DNA from: Halorutilales archaeon Cl-col2-1
GTDB lineage: Archaea > Halobacteriota > Halobacteria > Halobacteriales > Afararchaeaceae
NCBI GenBank assembly: GCA_041891055.1
Contig: CP169075.1
Coordinates: 52,001 to 116,000 of the forward strand
Reading direction: 5' to 3'
DNA: 64,000 bases
The notes below the pieces were generated by a model. That model was not told the DNA's origin. It saw only the letters and a list, made by a program, of their open reading frames with translations, and did no database searches. The translations under genes and the position numbers were made by a program. Below, piece by piece: positions 51,739-60,623 of this stretch; within the stretch, counting starts at the first letter, position 1; each line of letters starts with the position of its first letter.

Positions 51739-52830
51739 GTGACCGACAGGGAGGGGAGTCGCCCGAGCGACACGATGCGGGAGCGCGTGCCGGAGAACAG
51801 TCGGAAGTTCTGGCTCCTGTTGAACGCGAACCGGTGGCTGGTCGCCGCCGGGATCTCGGGCGGCGTGTTCCTCGCGCTCGCCATCATCGGGCACCTCCAC
51901 CCGACCGGGGCGCCGGCGCTGTTCAGCCAGGGGGATCCCATCGAGACGCTGTTTCAGGGGCTCCTCACGTCCATCATCACGGGCGTCACGCTCGTGCTCA
52001 CGCTCAGCCAGCTCGTTCTTTCCCAGGAACAGGGGCCGGTCGGGGACCAGCGCGAACGTATGGAGGGCGCGATGGCGTTCCGGAAGGACGTCGAGGATGT
52101 CATCGAGGAGCCCGTGAGTCCCGCCCAGCCCTCGGCGTTCCTCCGGTCGCTCGTGAAACTCACAAAGCGACGCGCCGAAGCCGTCTCGGATGCCATCCAG
52201 GACATTGACAACGAGACCCTCACCGATCAGGTGGCCGCGTTCACAGAGAACGTGAAGGGGAACGCCGACGCCGTCGAGAACGGTCTCAAGGACGCCCAGT
52301 TCGGGGAGTTCGACGTGGTGTTCTCCGCGCTGAACTACAACTACTCGTGGAAGTTGTATGCGGCGCGCCGCATTCGCGCAGAGAACGAGGACGTGCTCAC
52401 CGAGGAAGCGCACCATGCGTTCGACGAACTCATCAACGCGCTCGAACTGTTCGGGCCGGCACGCGAGCACTTCAAGACGCTGTACTTCCAGTGGGCGCTC
52501 ATCGACCTTTCCCGGACGATGCTGTACGCGTCCATACCCGCGCTCCTCACGGCGGTCGCGGGCATCGTCTACCTCGAATCGGCGCTGTTCCCGGAGACCG
52601 TGTTCGGCGTGCGCCCGCTCGTCGTTGTGGTGAGCGCGGGCGTGGCCGTCTCCCTGCTGCCGTTCGCGTTCCTGTTGTCCTACATCCTCCGCATCGTCAC
52701 CGTGACGAAGCGCACACTCTCCATCGGGCCGTTCATCCTCCGGGAGACCGACCGGTCCCGCGACCTCGACTGGGGCGAGACCGAAGTGAAGAGCGGGGGG
52801 AAAGCAGGCGTCGACGACAAGGGTGAGTAG
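51739..52830 (+). CDS. Multi-pass membrane protein (GC-rich passenger gene)
   Basis: Four hydrophobic segments; ITGVTLVLTLSQLVLSQE, FGPAREHFKTLYFQW; GC clearly higher than flanks. Confidence 0.8.
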   Translation: MTDREGSRPSDTMRERVPENSRKFWLLLNANRWLVAAGISGGVFLALAIIGHLHPTGAPALFSQGDPIETLFQGLLTSIITGVTLVLTLSQLVLSQEQGPVGDQRERMEGAMAFRKDVEDVIEEPVSPAQPSAFLRSLVKLTKRRAEAVSDAIQDIDNETLTDQVAAFTENVKGNADAVENGLKDAQFGEFDVVFSALNYNYSWKLYAARRIRAENEDVLTEEAHHAFDELINALELFGPAREHFKTLYFQWALIDLSRTMLYASIPALLTAVAGIVYLESALFPETVFGVRPLVVVVSAGVAVSLLPFAFLLSYILRIVTVTKRTLSIGPFILRETDRSRDLDWGETEVKSGGKAGVDDKGE

Positions 52831-53094
52831 CGCGGCCGTCGACCGTTCGATATCCCACCGATGGCTATTGAATCCTCCACGGTGGGATGTCCCTTCACAC
52901 GTTGCTCTCAAGTCCACAATTCTCGACGGTGAACAGGAGCTGGTCGAAATAGTCACCGAAACCAGCGCCGCTGACGGGTTCGACCGCTTCGATGGGAATG
53001 ATCTCTACTGCCACGCTCGAAGGCGCGGGCGGTCTCTCAGTCATAGCTAACCAACATTTTGGACAGATAATATAAAATCTGTTGGTTAGCTCAA

Positions 53095-53367
53095 TCAGTA
53101 GAGGTACTCTACGAGCTTGTCGACTCCTTCATCCACTTTGCCTTGTCTGACTTCACAGACATAGTCCGTAATCATCTCAGGCTGTACTGACAGTACGGAA
53201 TGGGGAACGATAGAGCTGTCTTTCGGTGCCTTCCTGTCGACGTAATCTTCCTCTGTCAGTGGGATTCTCTCTTCGTACCACGTCCTCGTTGTTAGTCCCA
53301 TCTTGAACGGGTCTGAAGCGAGTACGACATCACCGCGTGAAAGGTTAGAGAAGTCCTTATCCTTCAT
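53095..53367 (-). pseudogene. PemK/MazF-like toxin with an apparent in-frame deletion
   Basis: RGDVVLASDPFK joined directly to MGLTTRTW; the RPxxV(I/L)S catalytic strand is absent. Confidence 0.6.
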
Positions 53368-53686
53368 TTTCTCCTGCGTCTAACCACTCGCTACGGTCTT
53401 CTTCTCCTAGCTTTTCGTCGAGGAAAGACGAGGCTTGGTGATACTGGTAGGCGTCTCTTACCTTCTGTATGTCGCCTATCGTCCAGTAGGGTGGCTTGTG
53501 CTCGACTAGTCCCCGATCTCTGAGTCTCTTGAGTACTGGATGTATTGAATTAGAGTCTATACCCGTCTCTTCGACTATCTCCTTGGCTTTGTAGGCTTTG
53601 TCTCTGTTCTCTACGAGAAACTCGACGACTAGCTCCGAGTTAGTCTTAGGCTCCCGTTCCTCGAACTCACTCTTCTCTATCGGCAT
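53357..53686 (-). CDS. wHTH antitoxin-like protein
   Basis: AYKAKEIVEETGIDSNSIHPVLKRLRDRGLVEHKPPYW; overlaps the toxin start. Confidence 0.75.
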   Translation of the reverse strand: MPIEKSEFEEREPKTNSELVVEFLVENRDKAYKAKEIVEETGIDSNSIHPVLKRLRDRGLVEHKPPYWTIGDIQKVRDAYQYHQASSFLDEKLGEEDRSEWLDAGENEG

Positions 53687-54299
53687 TAGTTATGAATACG
53701 CCTTCGGGACTCTTGTATCTTTGTATCATTGTATTTACACGGATGGTCTTTTAGTCTGACCACCCAGCAAAGACGACTCCCCCACAGACGAGAATTCACT
53801 GTGGTCAACCTTGGGATAAGTGTGTTCTCCGTCAGAGCTAACCAACAGATCTAGAGATTCGCCAGAAATGTTGGTTAGCTGTTCAGACCTCACTTCTAGG
53901 GGTACCTCCTCCTATATTAGACGTTAGCCCCGGAATACAGGCTATTTTACCCGTCAGACTCGCATCACCCCTACAAAACCTGGGGGTGTTGACCACGGGG
54001 TAGATCTCGACCCATGAGGAATCCTCAGAGGATGTTCTATCGGTCACGGTTCCCAATCTAAGCCTGTCGTAGCGAGCTACACGTGTAGCACACATGTAAT
54101 CTCACACGTATGCGGGCTATTTCAGACATGTACGTCTGACGTAGTTTTATCAAGCCACAGAATACTACTCAGTAATAGCAGATCAACACCACCGAATACC
54201 CGCTTAGTACACAGTATCAAGTAGAGAATAGAGAGTCACACCCGTACCATACACACGAACACCGAGGTATGAGAACGTCACAAGCAGGTATTACAAAGT

Positions 54300-54662
54300 A
54301 TGTCTAACGACAAGAGAAAGATCAGCATATCGCTTGACACAGACCTGATAGACCGTGTCGAAGAAGAGTACGACAACCGAAGCCAGGGTATTAGAGAACT
54401 CGTGAAGCAGGGTTTGGAGTACGATGAGCTTGAGGAGAAGCTCGCGGAGATGGAGGACGAGCTCAACCGCGTCAGAGCCGAGCGTGACGAGGCGAGAAAC
54501 CAGCTTGAAGATCTCCGTAATAGAGAAGACCGAGAGATAGTCGAGTATCGTGAGGACGTCCTCGACGCGATCTCGGACGAGAAGCGTGAGCTCAGGGATA
54601 GGATCAATGACCTCGAGGAGAAGCTCGAAGAAGAGGATGACTCAGGGTGGTTGCCTTTTTAG
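54300..54662 (+). CDS. RHH (CopG-like) plus coiled-coil protein
   Basis: KISISLDTDL..NRSQGIRELV then heptad-rich helix. Confidence 0.75.
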   Translation: MSNDKRKISISLDTDLIDRVEEEYDNRSQGIRELVKQGLEYDELEEKLAEMEDELNRVRAERDEARNQLEDLRNREDREIVEYREDVLDAISDEKRELRDRINDLEEKLEEEDDSGWLPF

Positions 54663-54919
54663 CCTTCACCACTGAAGTATGGGTTAACGAGAGTGGCGGA
54701 CTGTCCTTCTCGCCACCAGTCGACATCAAGGTCTTCTTTGAGTATTCGCCGAGGTAAGGTCATATAGTAGCCGCCTTTCTCGGTTTGGTGTTCTTCTCGG
54801 AGTACGGTCTTTCGTATGTATCTGAGTGTGAGATGTTTCTTATCGGATTCTTGACGTAGGAGGTCGTCTATGCGTTCTCGGTACTCACGGCGCACATCTT
54901 GTATGTTTTCGGCTGACAT
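54659..54919 (-). CDS. Hypothetical protein (86 aa)
   Basis: ORF with TTTAAATA box upstream; convergent 4-bp overlap. Confidence 0.5.
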   Translation of the reverse strand: MSAENIQDVRREYRERIDDLLRQESDKKHLTLRYIRKTVLREEHQTEKGGYYMTLPRRILKEDLDVDWWREGQSATLVNPYFSGEG

Positions 54920-55031
54920 GGTGAAAAATTATACTTCCTGTTATTTAAAGCTAATCAGGAGCATAGTTGGATTACATATTCGACATGGATAACCAACATT
55001 TTCGAAGACTCACTAGAAGCGTTGGTTAGCT

Positions 55032-55150
55032 CTCACGTCGAGGCGACACGTCAAACGCGCCGATCCACGCCCCAGCGCGTCTCACCTCGGGGTTTAGAGC
55101 CGTTGAGACAGCGAAGATTCGCGACTGACGGGTATGAGTCTGATATTAGA
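55032..55150. repeat. ~120-bp structured repeat following site A; second copy 59526-59645, diverged partial copy 58608-58668
   Basis: CTCACGTCGAGGCGACACG...CTGACGGGTATGAGTCTRATATTAGAG nearly identical in both full copies. Confidence 0.9.
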
Positions 55151-55480
55151 GTTAAGAGAAAACGAGGGGTGTACTCAAGACGAGCTTGTCGAAAAAGTCG
55201 ACGTAGAGGACGAACAAGCCGAGACAGCCGTCGAGAACTTGCTCACAAACGGGGTGATAATGGAGACCTCAGACGGGATGAGGGTGGTATAAACTCACTC
55301 GAACTCCTCAAGCTCCTCTATATCTGGTTTTTCCATCTCTTTTACATCCTCTATGTCTTCCTCAGACATATCTGTCTCTTCGAGGAGTTCATCTTGAAGC
55401 TTGGTGTGTTTTTCTGTCTTAGACATAACCAGTCACCTCTAACAGGTATTCTTCTCTCGTTCTGAGATAGTCTTCAGCAT

Positions 55481-57090
55481 TTGACATCCTCACCCGCCTG
55501 AAGGCGGTACGAATTCTTCGAATTCGTTAGCCATCCAGATCAAAGATCTGGAGACGTATGCTGAGGTTCCCTCAGCATGCTCGTGAATCAAAGATTCACG
55601 AACGGGGTGAATCCCAGTTGGGATATTAAGGTTTGAAGTCTACCCAACGGCTTCTTGTGGTTCGAATCCGCAAGACCGATCATACAGGTAGACCCCGGGT
55701 TGTGCCAAACAACCGATACTCCTATCTTCTTGCTCAAAGCAAGAAGACTCAGAGTTACCTTCGGACTTCTGTCTTATATTTTCAGCTCCGTTAACATCCG
55801 AGTTAGCTACCGTATCACAGTCATCACAAACATATAGTCCACGTTCAACTCTCTGGTTACCATCGAGCTTACCACAGACACAACACGTCTTTGACGTGTT
55901 CTCTTCGTCTATCCTCTCTAGCTCAATACCACTCATCCTCGCCTTGTACTCTAGCATCCCGGTAAAGCGGTCGAACGCCCACTTGTGCAGATTCAGGTTA
56001 CCTGAGTCCCCCCAGTTTCTGGCTTCTCCATCCTCGTCCTGACGAATATCCCCAAGATCGCCTACGGCGATCTTTCCAACGTCTCTCTTCTTACATTCGT
56101 CTACCATGTGTTTAGACAGTGAATGGAGGAAGTGTCTACGTCTCTCTGACTGTAAGTGGTCTAGACGAGTACGCTTGTTACCGTCCGACTTATCGAGTTT
56201 AGCTTTCTCTTTCTCGAAGTAGTAGTTGTTCTGGCTGAGTTCGTTACCGGGGTAGAGAACGGTATCGCCGTTCTCGAACGAGAGAGCAGCGAAGTTACTG
56301 ATACCTAGATCGATTCCTACAGTCTCTTCTCCCGAGTCTTCTACTTCTATCTCTTTCTGTACGACTAGGTGTAACTCCCACTTTTCTTCCTTTTCGTCGT
56401 ATACAGCACGAACCTGCTGTATACTTCCGTCTATCTCGTTGTCTGGTCTGTGTAAGTCGTACTCTATGAGGATGAAGTCGCTACGTTCTTCTACTTGTTT
56501 GTGATTCTTGCCTTTAGAGAGACGTAGTCTGTTATTGTCAGAATCGTGTTTTATACCACGATTCTTCCATGTGACCGTACTCCTAGGATGTTCTTCGTGG
56601 ACTAGATTACCAAGGTCATCGTAGTACCAACGTTTGCGGTAGCCAGGAGGATTATCCCTGCCGTCGTCGGAGCCGTACCAAGACTGGTAGGCTTCAGAAA
56701 GCTCTTCTAGAACTTTCTGACTGGACTGTGAATGTAAGTCCTCGTATCTTTCGTGTTCTTTCAACTCGGTCTTCAACGTATCTTCTTCAGGGATCTCTCC
56801 TGTCTTTTGCCAGACTTCTCTAGTGTAGTATCTGGCGACATTCCATAGTTTCGAGGCAGACCAACCATGCCTGTCTAAATCACTCTCTACTTGAGAGTGA
56901 TTTAGTATCTCGGCTGTTACTGTTAGGTTGGTCTCCATGACTACACGTAGTTATTGTATTCGTATATTATTAAATCTTACTTGAATATGAGTTTCGTTGA
57001 ATATCCAGTTATGTCTATTAGAATGGTTTGGTGAGTAGTTTAACGGATTCATCATGACCCTGAAGGGTCAGGTATTCTCCTGTACTACGT
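55481..57090 (-). mobile_element. tnpB: IS1341-type (tnpB-only) element; TnpB 55640-56938
   Basis: GIDLG, AVGDL, DEENTSKTCCVCG..CDDC, SDVNGAENI; left end ACGTAGTACAGGAGAATACCTGACCC after TTAT; right end GAGGATGTCAA with hairpin insertions. Confidence 0.9.
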
Positions 57091-57220
57091 ATAAGTGTTT
57101 GAGATAATGCTCAGGAAAGTCCTCGACGTCGTGTAGCTTCTTCCGGATCCTCTTACTCGTCTCTGTTTCGGCTTCTCGTAGCCAGTCGGCAGCACGCGCC
57201 GACACGACAACGTCGGTCAT
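57091..57220 (-). pseudogene. RelE/ParE-like toxin truncated by the tnpB element
   Basis: MTDVVVSARAADWLREAETETSKRIRKKLHDVEDFPEHYLKHL, then the IS left end. Confidence 0.7.
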
Positions 57221-57223
57221 CTT

Positions 57224-57559
57224 CTACTCTTCGAGCTCCTCGTCGAGTTCCTCTAAGGGTATGGCGTTTTCTCTGTCGACTTCCTCGACGCGTTTCTTAG
57301 CTTCTTCCGAGAGACGAGGTGCTACTTTAGCCCACCACACGACAGCGTTCGCACCTGCTTTCTTCTTTCCGACAAGGTCTTCCTCGTGCATATCCCTAAG
57401 TCGGCGGTAGACAGCGTCGCGACCGATAGGTAGTGCGTCAGCTAAGTCAGACGCAGTTAGAACGGGCTCATCGGCGCGGTCGAACAGTTTTAGTATATCC
57501 TGCTCGGTGACCTTCTCCTCGAATTTACCACCCTCGTCGCGAGTCCTTTCAGTCGACAT
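57224..57559 (-). CDS. HTH antitoxin
   Basis: LTASDLADALPIGRDAVYRRL..VVWW; C-terminal IPLEELDEEL; 3 bp before the toxin start. Confidence 0.75.
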   Translation of the reverse strand: MSTERTRDEGGKFEEKVTEQDILKLFDRADEPVLTASDLADALPIGRDAVYRRLRDMHEEDLVGKKKAGANAVVWWAKVAPRLSEEAKKRVEEVDRENAIPLEELDEELEE

Positions 57560-57919
57560 ACACGTTGTTATGCTCTTCTCCCACTTAACCGTTCATGTCG
57601 TAGTGAGTCGTTAACTTTAATACCATTCACTACGTAGTGAGTGGTAAGAGACGCAGGATGCCCTAGACGAGAACAACGACTGAGAGTATCAGGTATCTCT
57701 TTGTCTTCTTCACGCTTCTTTCGGGATACGCAGGTCAGTCCCAAGTAGCTTTCCCGTCTGAGCTAACCAACATTTTGGACAAATAGTATAAGATCTGTTG
57801 ATTAGCTAAGAGAAACACATCACCCGAGGTCAACTATAAGCTTACATCTGACCTCGAAGGCGTGGTCTTCGCCGTTAGAGTGGGAAAAGCTATAACAACC
57901 CACACTCCAAATTATAACT

Positions 57920-58060
57920 ATGTCCTTAGAAGAAGACGTCGACCATAACGGGGAAAAACTTGCCAACGGAGACACAGTATCAGAACGTGTTGAAAAGGTC
58001 GACATCGACGAAGAAGACACCTGTTCTACTGACGAAATGCGTGAGCTTCTCGGGCTTTGA
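57920..58060 (+). CDS. Small acidic antitoxin-like peptide (46 aa)
   Basis: MSLEEDVDHNGEK..CSTDEMRELLGL*, upstream of a RelE-like gene. Confidence 0.5.
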   Translation: MSLEEDVDHNGEKLANGDTVSERVEKVDIDEEDTCSTDEMRELLGL

Positions 58061-58075
58061 TTCTATTCTGTGTAA

Positions 58076-58421
58076 ATGAGTGGAGAAGATATTACTTCAG
58101 TTGAGCTCGTTGAGAAATGGGTATACAAGGATCTCCAGTCTGGTTTTACGGCTAGAGAACAAGAAGAAATTCTTGATGACCTAGATGACTTGGAGGATCA
58201 ACTGACAGTCTGGAGTAGATCTCTTCCAAACGCTGTTGAACGACGTTGCCGGCAAAACAGTTTATCGACGCAGGCAAGGAGGTTTTCGCAGCTACCTCAT
58301 ACGCCAAGGAGACACATTATATTGTATCGGTATAGGTAAACGAGATACAACATACGAGCGTGACCTGAAACAGATAGAAAAAAGAGCAGATTCGTACGAT
58401 CCTGAAAATAAAGATAAGTAA
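58076..58421 (+). pseudogene. RelE-like toxin split by a frameshift near 58237
   Basis: VYRRRQGGFRSYLIR..CIGIGKRDTTY lies in a different frame from the N-terminal half. Confidence 0.65.
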
Positions 58422-58728
58422 CTCCATACGACATCAAGGTCAGCGGCGTCTAATCCCAGGGGTCTATCCAAACTCTTCATTCGACTGAGACACCGAGTTC
58501 AGCGACCTATCGGAGAGTATCGATCTGCTCCGGATCAGAGAAGATCCTGCCTAGGGATCTAAGAGCTAACCAATATTTTCGAAGACTACTAGAAGTGTTG
58601 GTTAGCTCCCACGTCGGGGCGACACGCCGCTCTCAGGATCCACGTCCCAGGGCGTCTCACCTTGGGAGTCAGGCAGATTTTCATTACGCTAAGGGTTTAG
58701 TAGTACCAGATTTTATTGTAATACAAGA

Positions 58729-59016
58729 ATGTCAAGTAATACAGACAGTGGAGATGTCATCCACGTCTCTAAGAAAGGGCAGGCTACTATCCCGAAGGAT
58801 CTCCGCGAGAAATTCGGTATCGAAACACCAGGGAAAGTCCTAATCCACGAGGAGGACGGTAAGATAGTAGTCGAACCCCTTCCTTCGGTCAAGGATATGC
58901 AGGGAGTACATGGCGAAGAGTACGAGGAGGGCGAAGTTCTCGAACATCTTACTGAGATGAAAGAGGAGGACAAGAATCTCGAACGGGAGCAAGACGAGAA
59001 ACTAGGACGACACTGA
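58729..59016 (+). CDS. AbrB/MazE-type antitoxin (VapB)
   Basis: VSKKGQATIPKDLREKFGI. Confidence 0.9.
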   Translation: MSSNTDSGDVIHVSKKGQATIPKDLREKFGIETPGKVLIHEEDGKIVVEPLPSVKDMQGVHGEEYEEGEVLEHLTEMKEEDKNLEREQDEKLGRH

Positions 59017-59471
59017 TGACTGACTACGACTATGACTATGTCTTCGACACCGAGCCTCTTATCGCATACCTCTACGACGAGCCCGGGGCTTCGACTGTGA
59101 CTCGATGTCTCCAGAAGATCGAAAGCGACGAAGATGCGGGGACAATCTCTCATGCCACTGCGACCGAAATTGTCTACAAGATCGCCCGTCTCGAAACAGG
59201 CGACCCGAACCACACCTCACCCAACGAAACTGAGTACAAAGCCGGTGAACGCGATCTGCGTGTCCTACGTGGCTTTGGATTAACTGTCGAAAACCCATCG
59301 TGGAGTACTGTCGCACGTATCAAAGGCGAGGGTGGTATCTCCCTCGGGGACTCGTATGCCGCCTCTCTCGCAGTAGAAGAGGATGCTACTCTCGTAGTTG
59401 GGGCAGACCCCGAGTTCGGCGATCTATCCCAGAGTATCGACCTACTCCGAATCAGAGAAGATCCTGCATAG
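59016..59471 (+). CDS. vapC: PIN-domain toxin (VapC)
   Basis: VFDTEP, TATEIVY, SLGDSY, GADPEF; TGATG overlap. Confidence 0.9.
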   Translation: MTDYDYDYVFDTEPLIAYLYDEPGASTVTRCLQKIESDEDAGTISHATATEIVYKIARLETGDPNHTSPNETEYKAGERDLRVLRGFGLTVENPSWSTVARIKGEGGISLGDSYAASLAVEEDATLVVGADPEFGDLSQSIDLLRIREDPA

Positions 59472-59769
59472 GAGTCTAAGAGCTAACCAACAGATCTAGA
59501 GAAATATTAGAAATGTTGGTTAGCTCTCACGTCGAGGCGACACGTCAAACGCGCCGATCCACGCCCCAGCGCGTCTCACCTCGGGGTTTAGAGCCGTTGA
59601 GACAGCGAAGATTCGCGACTGACGGGTATGAGTCTAATATTAGAGCGTCGTAGTACTGTGGTTAGATATTAGTACTTAATATAGTAAGTACTGGCATACT
59701 ACAAATCTAACATTAGAACGAACCAAACACCACCAAATCCCGCTAATCTATATAGCAAAATAGAATTTA

Positions 59770-59953
59770 TACGTAACACAGTAGAATACCTGACCCTTTA
59801 GGGTCAGGATGAATCCGTTCTCGAAGTTACCACTTCGAGGGCTGTTGAGCTTTACTCAACAACGTCGAACTACTCATGTGAACTACCCTACCCTACCTAC
59901 TCGCCGCCGTTGGCGGCTCCTTGAGGAAGGGGGCTTACCGCCTGTATACAGCT
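59770..59953. mobile_element. IS200/IS605 end remnants
   Basis: TTAT-ACGTAACACAGTAGAATACCTGACCCTTTAGGGTCAGGATGAATCCG (same left end as 57090), hairpins, then an inverted right end (GTGAACTACCC..). Confidence 0.65.
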
Positions 59954-60062
59954 AAAATAGCCGAGAGTATTCACTGCTACACAAGAGAGCACCGAGTCAA
60001 TGACACTCTCAAATATATAAACTACACCAAATTATTTGTGTAAAGAGTATGTCTAGAAGAAT

Positions 60063-60608
60063 ATGTCAGAGACAGACCGAGAGTCATGGAAAGACGAAAA
60101 CAGCGGACGGGAGAGAGTCCGTTATGTCGTCGAAATCCTTGAGAGTCCTGCGACGGTACAAGAGATAGCAGATAGAGCAGAGGTCTCTTGGTCTACAGCC
60201 AACGACGAGCTTGAACGCCTTGAAAACGACGACTGGGTGGAAGAGACTACAGTCAAAGACAAGAAGGCATATAAACTCAATCCAGTTCGGATACTCTTCG
60301 ACGAAATCTCTAATCTTATATCAGAAAATAGCCGTACAGAACTAGAGACTAAGCTAACAGAGCTAAAAGAAAGGCAGGAGAGCTTAGTCAAAGAGTACGA
60401 CGCCGACACACTCTCAGAATTTCGACAACAGCTTTCCGAAAAGGATCTATCCTCTGATGAACTACGTGAGAGACAGAATATTATAGAGACATGGGAAACA
60501 ATCAATTCCGAAATCAGACTCGTCAAACACGCCCTGCATATGTATGGTGACGTGTCTAATCTCTCGTCTCCCACGACAGATACTGAAACGGGTATTTCAG
60601 AAGCCTAG
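60063..60608 (+). CDS. ArsR-like wHTH protein with helical C-terminus (antitoxin-like)
   Basis: ATVQEIADRAEVSWSTANDELERL. Confidence 0.75.
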   Translation: MSETDRESWKDENSGRERVRYVVEILESPATVQEIADRAEVSWSTANDELERLENDDWVEETTVKDKKAYKLNPVRILFDEISNLISENSRTELETKLTELKERQESLVKEYDADTLSEFRQQLSEKDLSSDELRERQNIIETWETINSEIRLVKHALHMYGDVSNLSSPTTDTETGISEA

Positions 60609-60623
60609 ATAGGATAGAATAAT

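Noticed and set aside
51673-52956. 427-aa minus-strand ORF and similar overlapping ORFs across 21-37 kb and 61-62 kb
   Set aside because: Antisense or shadow frames of GC-rich genes with clear motifs on the other frame
43227-59525. Classical integron cassette array
   Set aside because: No intI in the window; sites are shorter than typical attC, lack evident L boxes and extrahelical bases, and occur in both orientations; kept only as an analogy
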